Assembly (NCBI GenBank): GCA_934086145.1
Contig: CAKOHV010000001.1
Coordinates: forward strand, 53,731-117,730
Source of the DNA: an uncultured Bacilli bacterium
GTDB taxonomy: Bacteria > Bacillota_I > Bacilli_A > RF39 > UBA660
Length of the DNA: 64,000 nucleotides
Direction of reading: 5' to 3'
The notes below the pieces were generated by a model. It was not told where the DNA came from. It searched no databases and saw only the letters and a program-made list of their open reading frames with translations. The position numbers and the translations under genes were made by a program. Shown piece after piece: positions 29,475 through 38,747 of the stretch. Each line of letters begins with the position of its first letter. Positions within the stretch are counted from its first letter, which is position 1.

Positions 29475-32400
29475 ATGAGTAGTAAAAGAAGTCGTAGTAA
29501 AAATAATAAAAAAGGATTTACCTTAGTTGAATTGCTTGCCGTTGTTGCCATCTTAGGAATTGTATCTGTCATTGCCATTGGAGCATATAATGGAATTTCA
29601 AATCGTTCAAAACAAAAAGCTTATGATTCTAAGGTCTCTCAAATTGAAACATCAGCTGCCAAGTGGGCTCGAGAGAATAATATTGATCGAACAACATCCA
29701 TTTCTGTTAATAAATTAGTCGTTGAAGGCTACTTAACTGCTGATGAAGCGACCGAAAATGGTCTTTCCATTATTAAAAATCCTAAGACTAATGAAAATAT
29801 GATTTGTAAAATGATTGAAATAAGTTATAAAAATGGGGAAATTCAGACTAAATTCATCGATAGTAAGGACAATTGTACTTTAGCCGAGCAAGCTTTAAAT
29901 GATACTAAAATAAAAGTAATTGCCTATCAAAAAGGTGTTACTAAAACGGCTGCAGCTTTAAATCCAAACTCTAATAATATTTTACCTTGGACAAACAAAG
30001 CTGTAAGTTTAGTTGTTTCTAGCGATGCTTATAAAGATGAAGCCCAAAATAGTCGTGAAACCAATCCAATTGTTTCTACTTCTTTTGACTTTAGTGGTAA
30101 TAGTAACGAAAAGAAAGTTATTATAGATAATTCAAATCCTTCAAACAAAAAATCCAATGTATATTCTGGCAAAGCTTATGTTGACAATCCCGATGCTTAC
30201 TATAATGTCTTTAACGTTGATGCCAGCATTATTCTTGATAGTAACGTTGTTGTTACATATCGTTTCAAAGATGGTACAACAAAATCAAGAACTATTAATG
30301 TTCGTATTGATAAAGAAGAAGCTACAGCTTCTGTAATTGCTGAATCTGACTGGGTTACAAATACTCAAAAAGTAATTGTTAAAATCGACGATGGTAATGG
30401 TAGTGGAGCTCGTCGCTTCTACGTTGGAGTCGGTAATGCCTATAATGCTCCTGGAGTCGAAAAGGTTGAATTATGTGATAGCAATGGTAAAAACTGTAAA
30501 TATGAAAAAGAATATAGTGCTCCAAGTGTTGGTGAATATAACATTTGGACAGAAGACATGGTTGGCAATATTTCTGTTAATCCTAAAAATAAAATTTCTG
30601 TTAATAACGTTGATACATCTGTGCCATCATGCTACTTCGATAATATCGGAACAATGGGCCAAAATAATTGGTATGTAACAGCCGTAACACCTCGTATGAA
30701 CACTAGTACTGCCGGAATAAGTGGACTATATTATGGTATTTCTAAAGGAACCAATAATCCTAATTACAAAAATTATGTTGGGTATAATGCCGTTGGTACA
30801 AGTACCGCTGCCAAAATTAATAACGATACACAAGGTCAAGATTATACCTGTTATGTTAAATCACTTGCTGGTAATGAAGCTAAAAAGACCTCAACAATTA
30901 AAGTTGATACAACTCCACCAACTATAACAGTTAGCCCAACTAAACAAGAAACTTATGTTAAATCACAAAAAATTACCATCACAGCTAAAGATACAATTAG
31001 TGGTTTAGGTAAAAATAGTAAAATAGAATATGCTTGGAGTACTGATAGCAATAACGAACCATCTACTTGGCAAACGGTTAATCTTCCAGGAACTGACTAT
31101 ACTGGGGAGAATGGCCCAACTGATGAAAAAACAGTAACCATAACCGCCAAAGGAATGACTGGTGAATATTATCTTTGGATAAAAAAAGGTACTATAAGTG
31201 ATGTTGCTGGAAATAGTAGTGTAGGAAAAAATGGTAAGTCAATTAATTATGGTCCATTTAAATTTGATAATACTGCGCCAGAATGTGAACTCAAAGCCGA
31301 AGGAAAAAAAGGAGATAATGATTGGTATACTGGTAATGTTGAAATTAGTTTTAAATCAACTTCAGATGTTGGCAGTGGTGTTAAAAGTTATGGTATTAAT
31401 AGTACAACTGGTTCTGAAACAGCTTCCTTAACTAGTGATACAAGTTCTAAAACTTATACTGGTTACATTGAAGATAAAGCTGGTAATAAGAGTTCTTGTA
31501 GTATTATAGTAAAAAGAGACACTGAATCCCCATCATGTGAATTACAAGCAACCGGAACAAAGGGCGATGATGGTTGGTATAAAAGTGATATTAAAGTTTC
31601 CTTTAAATCAGCCACTGACAAAACAAGTGACGTTGATAAAAAAGGGATAAATGGTATTGATAAAGATGATACTCTTGATGTTTATACAGAAACCGACGAT
31701 AAAGGCGAAACTTATACAGGCCACGTAAAAGACAAAGCCGGTAATACTGGAACTTGTAAGGCAACTTACAAAATAGATAAAACAGCCCCAAGTTGTAGTA
31801 TAAAAATTTCAAGTAAACCAACTGGTAATAAAGATTGGTATGTAAGTGATAGTGTTACTATAGAGTTTGATGGTGACGTTACTGATGCCCGTAGTGGTGT
31901 AAGTGGTTATGGTTTAAGTAGTGATGGAAAAGCTAATTACAAAGATAACAAAATAACTCATACCGCAGATACTACTGGAATAACTTACATTGGCTATGCT
32001 ATAGATAAAGCCGGCAATACGACAACATGCGGTTCGGTTACCTTTAAAAAAGATTCAACAAAACCTTCTTGCTCATTAAAAACAAATTGCTCAGCTATTG
32101 GGACGCAAGTAAGTGATACAACAGACAAATATTGGTGCAAGTCAAGTACCGTAGACGTTGAATTTGCTACGACAAATGACGCTACTAGTGGGATTGTAAA
32201 AAAAGTTATAAGCACTGAAGGTGAAGCTGAAGCTAAAGATAGTATTTTTAGCAATATTCCTGATACAGGGGCTAACGGTAAAAGTTATACAGGTTTTGTG
32301 GAAGATGAAGCTGGTCATAAAGCCGATTGTAAGTTAACTGTTTATAAAGATTCAGTTGCTCCGGCAGAATCTTTATGCACCAGTACTAAGCTTAAAGAAA

Positions 32401-32978
32401 GTGTTGCCGAAGGTACTGAAGCAGGTAGAAATGACTGGTATCGAGGTAATGTTACAATAACATCAACCGATAGAGATGTCAGTTACTTTACGGTAAATGG
32501 TAAGGGAAGTTATACAAGCAGTTATACTATTGAATCTGAAGGAGAACATGAGATAAACATTACTCTATATGATGCGGCGGGTAATGGTATGAGTTGCTCA
32601 ACCAAATTTATAAAAATCGATAAAACTAATCCAATATTTATCACAACAGGAGACGATCCAGGGTGTCCGACTAAAAAAAAAGAAACTGATCCAGAATATA
32701 AAACATGGCGTAAGGGTATCGTAACAGACGATGTAAGTGGCATAGATCCGAACCCTGAATATACAAATTATAAAATTGGTGCAACAGCAGACACTATGGC
32801 TGATTTTAATCCTGCTACAAAGAAAAAAGGTGCAAAAATCGGGTACGAAGGCTTCTGCTCAGGTGGTACAGAAGTACATATAAAATACAACATCTGTGAT
32901 ATGGCAGGTAATTGCATTAAAGGCAATAATTTTTGGAAACAACCACCACCTCCACCTCCTGAAACCAAAACTTCGTAA
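29475..32978 (+). CDS. Giant (1167 aa) prepilin-type protein, paralog 3 (~4 Ig-like modules, poly-Pro C-terminal tail)
   Basis: MSSKRSRSKNNKKGFTLVELLAVVAILGIV prepilin signal with a longer leader peptide. Diverged C-terminal region ending FWKQPPPPPPETKTS. EGFCSG...CDMAGNC is retained. Confidence 0.8.
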   Translation: MSSKRSRSKNNKKGFTLVELLAVVAILGIVSVIAIGAYNGISNRSKQKAYDSKVSQIETSAAKWARENNIDRTTSISVNKLVVEGYLTADEATENGLSIIKNPKTNENMICKMIEISYKNGEIQTKFIDSKDNCTLAEQALNDTKIKVIAYQKGVTKTAAALNPNSNNILPWTNKAVSLVVSSDAYKDEAQNSRETNPIVSTSFDFSGNSNEKKVIIDNSNPSNKKSNVYSGKAYVDNPDAYYNVFNVDASIILDSNVVVTYRFKDGTTKSRTINVRIDKEEATASVIAESDWVTNTQKVIVKIDDGNGSGARRFYVGVGNAYNAPGVEKVELCDSNGKNCKYEKEYSAPSVGEYNIWTEDMVGNISVNPKNKISVNNVDTSVPSCYFDNIGTMGQNNWYVTAVTPRMNTSTAGISGLYYGISKGTNNPNYKNYVGYNAVGTSTAAKINNDTQGQDYTCYVKSLAGNEAKKTSTIKVDTTPPTITVSPTKQETYVKSQKITITAKDTISGLGKNSKIEYAWSTDSNNEPSTWQTVNLPGTDYTGENGPTDEKTVTITAKGMTGEYYLWIKKGTISDVAGNSSVGKNGKSINYGPFKFDNTAPECELKAEGKKGDNDWYTGNVEISFKSTSDVGSGVKSYGINSTTGSETASLTSDTSSKTYTGYIEDKAGNKSSCSIIVKRDTESPSCELQATGTKGDDGWYKSDIKVSFKSATDKTSDVDKKGINGIDKDDTLDVYTETDDKGETYTGHVKDKAGNTGTCKATYKIDKTAPSCSIKISSKPTGNKDWYVSDSVTIEFDGDVTDARSGVSGYGLSSDGKANYKDNKITHTADTTGITYIGYAIDKAGNTTTCGSVTFKKDSTKPSCSLKTNCSAIGTQVSDTTDKYWCKSSTVDVEFATTNDATSGIVKKVISTEGEAEAKDSIFSNIPDTGANGKSYTGFVEDEAGHKADCKLTVYKDSVAPAESLCTSTKLKESVAEGTEAGRNDWYRGNVTITSTDRDVSYFTVNGKGSYTSSYTIESEGEHEINITLYDAAGNGMSCSTKFIKIDKTNPIFITTGDDPGCPTKKKETDPEYKTWRKGIVTDDVSGIDPNPEYTNYKIGATADTMADFNPATKKKGAKIGYEGFCSGGTEVHIKYNICDMAGNCIKGNNFWKQPPPPPPETKTS
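31270..32340 (+). repeat. Ig-like coding repeat array inside giant gene 3 (approximate bounds)
   Basis: Modules starting PECELKAEG, PSCELQATG, PSCSIKISS, PSCSLKTNC. Confidence 0.4.
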
Positions 32979-32996
32979 TAAACAACTTCTTAATTA

Positions 32997-33028
32997 AAAG
33001 CTTTTGCCTTCCCAAGCAAAAGCTTTTT
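32997..33028 (+). terminator. Rho-independent terminator after giant gene 3
   Basis: Perfect 12-bp stem aaaagcttttgc/gcaaaagctttt with an 8-nt loop, then a T-run. Confidence 0.7.
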
Positions 33029-33126
33029 AAAAATAGAACAAGTTACGATAAATATGGTAAAATATAAAAAAATAGAAAGGAATATTAATTGTATGGATCT
33101 TTTATATAATTAATTAGAAAGATAAT

Positions 33127-35730
33127 ATGAATTTTTATGATAAAAATATTAAAGAAACTTTAAAATTATTAGAATCTAGTGAAGATGGTTTATCGAAGAA
33201 AGAAGCCCAAAAACGTTTAGAAAAATATGGTCCTAATGAACTACCACGACCAGCGCAAGAGAGTATTTTTCAACTATTCATTTCCCAATTTCAAAATCCC
33301 ATCGAACTTATTTTAGTCATGACTGTTATTTTTTCCTTTATTGCTAAGGAATATATTGATGGCACTGCCTTAATCTTTATTATTTTAGTTGATGTCATTA
33401 TGGGAACTTACGAAGAATGGAAAGCTCGCAAAGATGCCGAAAGTTTAACTAATATGATCAAAGTAACGGCTCGTGTTATTCGTGATGGCAAAGAAATTGA
33501 AATTCCTTCTAAAGAACTTGTCGTAGGGGATTTAATGCTTCTTGAAAGTGGCGATAAGATAAGTGCTGATGCTCGTATCATTGAATCACATAATTTTCAA
33601 GTAAATGAGTCTTCTTTAACTGGGGAAAGCCTTGGTATTGTCAAAAATAATGAAGCTTTAAAAGAAGGAATTCCTTTGGCCGAACGTAAAAATATGGCTT
33701 ATGCAGGAACCACGGTCATTACCGGTCGCGCCCAAGTTATCATAACGGCTACCTCAACGGCTACTGAAATTGGTCGCATTGCTGATAAAGTAAGTAATAC
33801 GGTTGAAGAGAAATCCCCATTAACCATCAGAATCGAAAAATTTTCTAAGCAAATCAGTATTATTATAATTTTTATTGCTATTATTACAACTTGTGTTTTA
33901 TTAAGTAAAGGTTATCCTTTAAATTCAATTTTTTTAAGTGTTATTGCCCTAAGTGTCTCAGCTATGCCTGAAGGTCTTCCTCTTGCTTTAACGATGGCCT
34001 TAACAATTGCTTCTAAAAGAATGGCTAAGAAAAATGTTATTGTAAAAAAATTAAATTCAGTCGAATCTCTGGGAAGTTGTACGGTCATTGCTTCTGATAA
34101 AACGGGCACCCTAACTGTTAATGAACAAACGGCTAAAGAAATCGTCTTGGCTGATGGTTCTAGATATGAAGTAACTGGATCTGGTTATAATGGCGATGGA
34201 AAAGTAATTCCGCTTGCGGGGGCTGACTTAGAGAGAGCTCGTGAAATTGCTTTACTTGGAGCTCTTAATAATGAAGCACACCTTGAACTAAAAGGGGATA
34301 CATGGGACTCTTTTGGTGATTCTATTGATATTGCTTTCTTAAGCTTAGCGGCTAAATTAAATATTACTTCAAAACCAACTATCATCGAAACGATTCCTTA
34401 TGAATCAGAAAATCAATTTTCAGCTGTTTTTTATCAAAAAGGCCATGATACTTACTGTACTATTAAAGGCTCATTAGAAAAAATTTTAACCTTTGCTACT
34501 CCCGAAGCTAAATATTATCAGCAAAATGAAGAATTAACTAAAAAAGGTTATCGTATTATTGCTCTTGCTGATGGTAAGGTAAATGGTACTACTTTAGCTG
34601 ATATTAAAAATTTAACTTTTAAAGGAATGGTTGCTTTCATTGATCCAATTAGAAATGAAGTTAAATCATCTTTACAAGAATGTCAAAAAGCCGGCATAAA
34701 AGTTGTTATGATAACAGGGGACCATCCTTTAACGGCCTTTGCGATAGCTAAAGAATTAGGACTATGTTCTAAGAAAGAAGAAGTTGCAACTTTTAAAGAA
34801 GTTGATGAATATCGTAAAAGAGGGGAAAAACAATTTGATGAGTTTGTTAGTAAAATAAAAGTATTTTCTCGTGTAACGCCTCTTGATAAACTAGATATTG
34901 TTAATTCTTTTAAAAGACAAGGTGAATTTATTGCGGTAACAGGTGATGGCGTTAATGATGCTCCGGCTATTAAAGCGGCCAATATTGGTATTGCTATGGG
35001 TTCCGGAACTGATGTTGCTAAAGAAACTGCTTCCATGATTGTTACTGATGATAACTTTACTTCAATTGTTGAGGGAATTAAAGAAGGACGTACGGCTTAT
35101 AGCAATATTCGTAAAATTATTTTATTCTTATTAGGTTGTGGCTTTGCTGAAGTAGCTTTCTTCCTTTTATCAATTGCTTTTGGTTATGATATTCCGCTTG
35201 TTGCTATTCAATTACTATGGTTAAACATTGTTACCGATGGGATGCAAGATGTGGCTTTATCTTTTGAAAAAACCGAAAAAGATGTCATGAATGCTAAACC
35301 TCGTTCTACAAAAGAGTCACTATTTTCTAAAGACTTAATGATTGAAGTTTTAATTTTAGGTATTACAATAACCTTTGTGGTTTTCTTAACTTGGAAATTC
35401 ATGCTTGATAATGAAACAGACCTTATAACAGCTCGTTCTGTTATCATGATGCTAATGGTTTTCGTTCAAAATGTTGACGTCTTAAATTGCCGTAGTGAAA
35501 AGAAATCCGTCTTTAAAAAGACTTTATTAGATAATAAAATGGTCTTATTAACCGTTTTTGGTTCAATTATTCTCCAAGTTATTGTTTCTGAACTTGATTT
35601 TACTGCTCAATTCTTAAAAGTAACTCCTTTAGCCCCAATAACTATTGCTAAAATATTCTTCTTATCACTAATTATTATTGCGGTCTTTGAAATTTATAAA
35701 ATTTTCCTTTTATTATTTAAGAAAGACTAA
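33127..35730 (+). CDS. Cation-translocating P-type ATPase (type IIA, Ca2+-ATPase-like)
   Basis: 867 aa with the DKTGTLT phosphorylation site (IASDKTGTLTVNE), TGES-like actuator region and GDGVNDAPAIK hinge motif. Extended -10 tggtaaaat upstream. Confidence 0.85.
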   Translation: MNFYDKNIKETLKLLESSEDGLSKKEAQKRLEKYGPNELPRPAQESIFQLFISQFQNPIELILVMTVIFSFIAKEYIDGTALIFIILVDVIMGTYEEWKARKDAESLTNMIKVTARVIRDGKEIEIPSKELVVGDLMLLESGDKISADARIIESHNFQVNESSLTGESLGIVKNNEALKEGIPLAERKNMAYAGTTVITGRAQVIITATSTATEIGRIADKVSNTVEEKSPLTIRIEKFSKQISIIIIFIAIITTCVLLSKGYPLNSIFLSVIALSVSAMPEGLPLALTMALTIASKRMAKKNVIVKKLNSVESLGSCTVIASDKTGTLTVNEQTAKEIVLADGSRYEVTGSGYNGDGKVIPLAGADLERAREIALLGALNNEAHLELKGDTWDSFGDSIDIAFLSLAAKLNITSKPTIIETIPYESENQFSAVFYQKGHDTYCTIKGSLEKILTFATPEAKYYQQNEELTKKGYRIIALADGKVNGTTLADIKNLTFKGMVAFIDPIRNEVKSSLQECQKAGIKVVMITGDHPLTAFAIAKELGLCSKKEEVATFKEVDEYRKRGEKQFDEFVSKIKVFSRVTPLDKLDIVNSFKRQGEFIAVTGDGVNDAPAIKAANIGIAMGSGTDVAKETASMIVTDDNFTSIVEGIKEGRTAYSNIRKIILFLLGCGFAEVAFFLLSIAFGYDIPLVAIQLLWLNIVTDGMQDVALSFEKTEKDVMNAKPRSTKESLFSKDLMIEVLILGITITFVVFLTWKFMLDNETDLITARSVIMMLMVFVQNVDVLNCRSEKKSVFKKTLLDNKMVLLTVFGSIILQVIVSELDFTAQFLKVTPLAPITIAKIFFLSLIIIAVFEIYKIFLLLFKKD

Positions 35731-35783
35731 GTTCTTTCTTTTTTCGTATAATGTGATAAAATTAATTAGAAAGAGGTTAACTT

Positions 35784-36572
35784 ATGAAAAAAAAATATCT
35801 TGTTCTTTTCCTTCTTATTTTATTCCTTACAAGTGGCTGTAATAGTAAAATAAAAAATAAACAAGAACAAATTACGAAAGAAATCGAACAAGCAATCGAA
35901 GATACAGAAAATGTTTCTATTATGGAAATAACGACAGCTTTTAATTATATCAACGATAATTATGAAACATTAAAGAAAAACTCAGCTGAACAAGAACAAG
36001 TCTTAAAATATGCAACTTACTTAGAAAAAATAGGGACTTCTTCTAATAAATTAACTAATAACTCTCTTACTAAACTTGGTCAAGTAACTAGAGAGTATGC
36101 TATCAGCCTAAAAGCTTCGCAAAAAGATGATATTAGAGATTTATTAGCAAAGATAAAAAGAAACCAAGCTGATTTCATCAATGAATTTTACAATACTTAT
36201 CATGAAGATAAAACGATGAATGAATACTTTACTAATGCTAAGTCTAACTTAAAAAATAAAGATAAAGAAAAAGACTTTGTTAATCTAAAAAATGCGACTA
36301 AGTATTTAAATTATTTAATAGATAATTATAAAAATCCTTTAAAGAATAGTGAAGTAACTGAAAAGACCACTTATTATCTTGAATATTTTCTAATGATTGG
36401 TCAAAAGAAGAATTGCCAAGATAATGATATTGTTAAATTTGCTCAAGCAACTAAAGAATATTTCTTAAAAAATGATAGCCAATCATTAAAAAATATTGAA
36501 AAATATTTAGAGAATATTACAAAAAATGAAGAAACATTACTTAATGATTTAGTAACTAATTATAATAAATAG
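35784..36572 (+). CDS. Putative lipoprotein (signal peptide ending LTSGC), Lys/Asn-rich helical protein
   Basis: N-terminal MKKKYLVLFLLILFLTSGC lipobox-like sequence. No catalytic domain. Confidence 0.5.
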   Translation: MKKKYLVLFLLILFLTSGCNSKIKNKQEQITKEIEQAIEDTENVSIMEITTAFNYINDNYETLKKNSAEQEQVLKYATYLEKIGTSSNKLTNNSLTKLGQVTREYAISLKASQKDDIRDLLAKIKRNQADFINEFYNTYHEDKTMNEYFTNAKSNLKNKDKEKDFVNLKNATKYLNYLIDNYKNPLKNSEVTEKTTYYLEYFLMIGQKKNCQDNDIVKFAQATKEYFLKNDSQSLKNIEKYLENITKNEETLLNDLVTNYNK

Positions 36573-36583
36573 AAGGTGATAGA

Positions 36584-37309
36584 ATGCCGGAAGTTAATAA
36601 AGCCAAGAAAGAAATTTTAAAACCATTTTATTTAATTGGGGTTATTATTATTTTTACTTTACTTGTTTTATACTTAATGAATTATTTTAATTTAATTCCT
36701 AAAGAAGTCTATAAAGCTAGTGATTTTAATATTAAGACCATTTATAGTAGAATTGATTATAATCATGATAATATTGATGATTATTCAGCTTTTGTTCTAG
36801 GGGCGCGTGCGGATGCCCAAAATCATCCTACTTATAAAAGTGCTTATTATGATACCGCTTATCCTCCCGATAATGTTGGCGTTTGTACGGATGTTATTTG
36901 GCGTGCCTTTAAAAGTGCTGGTTATTCCCTAAGAGATATGGTAAGTGAAGATATTAAAAATAACTATGATGATTATAAAAAATATGTTACAACACCTGAT
37001 TCTAATATTGATTTTCGTCGCGTGGGTCCTTTAAAAGTCTTTTTTTCCAAATATGCGCAATCGCTAACTACTGATCCGGAAGATATAGCAGCTTGGCAAC
37101 CGGGTGATATTGTCATTTTCCGTGATACTAAGCATATTGGCATTATCTCAGATAAACGTAATAAAAATGGAATACCATATGTTATTCATAATGCTGGGCA
37201 ACCAAATCGCGAAGAAGACTATCTTTTAAAAGATGAAATAACTGGACACTATCGTTTTGATGCTTCTTTAATAAGTGATGATGTTCTAAAACCTTGGCAA
37301 GACGCCTAA
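36584..37309 (+). CDS. Membrane-anchored NlpC/P60-like (DUF1287-type) papain-fold hydrolase
   Basis: Cys in GVCTDVIWRAF and His in PGDIVIFRDTKHIGIIS...YVIHNAG match the NlpC/P60 Cys-His-His arrangement. N-terminal TM. Starts 11 nt after the previous gene. Family assignment is from memory. Confidence 0.4.
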   Translation: MPEVNKAKKEILKPFYLIGVIIIFTLLVLYLMNYFNLIPKEVYKASDFNIKTIYSRIDYNHDNIDDYSAFVLGARADAQNHPTYKSAYYDTAYPPDNVGVCTDVIWRAFKSAGYSLRDMVSEDIKNNYDDYKKYVTTPDSNIDFRRVGPLKVFFSKYAQSLTTDPEDIAAWQPGDIVIFRDTKHIGIISDKRNKNGIPYVIHNAGQPNREEDYLLKDEITGHYRFDASLISDDVLKPWQDA

Positions 37310-37414
37310 AAAACTTACGAAAAAAATTTAAAAATGTTAAAATAGTAATATGACAAGTAGCCTTTATTAAAAGACCGTTTGCTACTTGTTTTGTTCTAAG
37401 AATAGGGTGGTATT

Positions 37415-37630
37415 ATGTGTTGTCTTGAAGATAATGTAAACAAATTAGCAATTTCTGATAAATTAAAAGAAAAACTTTTTTCAAATAAAATAAAAACTAT
37501 TAAAGAACTTTGGCAATTAAAAAGAAAAGAACTAAAACAATTAAATTTTAATGATCATGAAATAAATGACATTATTATTGCTTTACAGTTAGAAGGTTTA
37601 GATTTAAATAAAAAGATTTATGATAAATAG
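37415..37630 (+). CDS. Small protein resembling RNA polymerase alpha C-terminal domain (HhH) fold
   Basis: 71 aa; LAISDKLKEKLFSNKIKTIKELWQLKRKELKQLNFNDHEINDIIIALQLEGLDL fits the RpoA-CTD-like helix-hairpin-helix pattern. RBS GGGTGG. Confidence 0.35.
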   Translation: MCCLEDNVNKLAISDKLKEKLFSNKIKTIKELWQLKRKELKQLNFNDHEINDIIIALQLEGLDLNKKIYDK

Positions 37631-37718
37631 TTGTCAAATTCATGTTAAAAGATATGTAAAAGTCTAAAAGCAGTTTCAAAATTCGCCAAAATATGAAATA
37701 ATTATCATAGGTGATAGT

Positions 37719-38681
37719 ATGAAAAGGAAAGTATTTATGATGACGTTTATGGCAACGTTAATGATGCCATTTACTGTCTTTGCAGCTAATTTAACAAAGG
37801 ATGATTTATCAGCTGCTTTAACAAAATTTGGTTCAGCTTGTCAGGACTATAAGGATCAACTTGCCAACTCCGCTTGGACTTGCACGGATAATAAAAATGT
37901 TTACACCGTTGATGATACCAAAATAACTATTAAAGCCGAAGATGGTTCAACTCAAGAAGTTAACTATGTTATTAATGAAGATGGCACAATCAACTTTACT
38001 CAAGAAATCGTTTATACGAAGGGTCTAACTTATGACCAATATAAAGCCAAAAGAAAAGAGGGTAGTGCTCTTCCAAGTGTTGCTATGGTAGCTGTTGCAA
38101 TGGCTAGAGGCGCTGCTGCTCATGATATTGCAGCTTATCATTTGCTAACATTATTTTATGAACTAGCTGAAAAAAGCAAAAATGGCACAACTTCTAGCCC
38201 TAGTTATATAATTTCAGCTGATGACGTAACTGCATCAAATGATAACGGCTTGGTTATTAAAGAAAGTGAATTCCCTGAAAGAATATTAGAAGTTCTTCCT
38301 TTAGATTTCCCAAATTGGACTTATACTGATACTTATAAAGATGAAAGTGGTCAAGACTACAGCATTAATAGTTATAAGTATACGCGAAATTATACTAAAA
38401 TAGATGATAATAGTGGTAAAGTTACCCTTACAACTGTTGTTGATAGTAATGCTGATTATACTAAACTTAATGGCTTTTATGATGCTCACTTAAAAGATCT
38501 TGACATTTCTTTAGATTCAAGTAATAAGTCTCAAGATCCTACTCTTGAAGAAGAAACCAAACCTACTGAGAAGAATCCTAATACATCAGTTTTAATTTCT
38601 AAATATAGCTTAATTGCTTTAGCTGCTATCTTAATAGGCGTTGTTCTAATTAGAAAAAAAGCTTACTTCCATAAAATTTAG
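37719..38681 (+). CDS. Secreted surface protein with C-terminal sorting-signal-like tail (NPNTS + hydrophobic segment + RKK)
   Basis: Signal peptide MKRKVFMMTFMATLMMPFTVFA. C-terminus EKNPNTSVLISKYSLIALAAILIGVVLIRKKAYFHKI. Confidence 0.5.
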   Translation: MKRKVFMMTFMATLMMPFTVFAANLTKDDLSAALTKFGSACQDYKDQLANSAWTCTDNKNVYTVDDTKITIKAEDGSTQEVNYVINEDGTINFTQEIVYTKGLTYDQYKAKRKEGSALPSVAMVAVAMARGAAAHDIAAYHLLTLFYELAEKSKNGTTSSPSYIISADDVTASNDNGLVIKESEFPERILEVLPLDFPNWTYTDTYKDESGQDYSINSYKYTRNYTKIDDNSGKVTLTTVVDSNADYTKLNGFYDAHLKDLDISLDSSNKSQDPTLEEETKPTEKNPNTSVLISKYSLIALAAILIGVVLIRKKAYFHKI

Positions 38682-38747
38682 TCTTATGACTAAATTTTTT
38701 TTCGCTAAAAAAATCATTCCTTATGTTATACTTATAAAGGTGATAAA

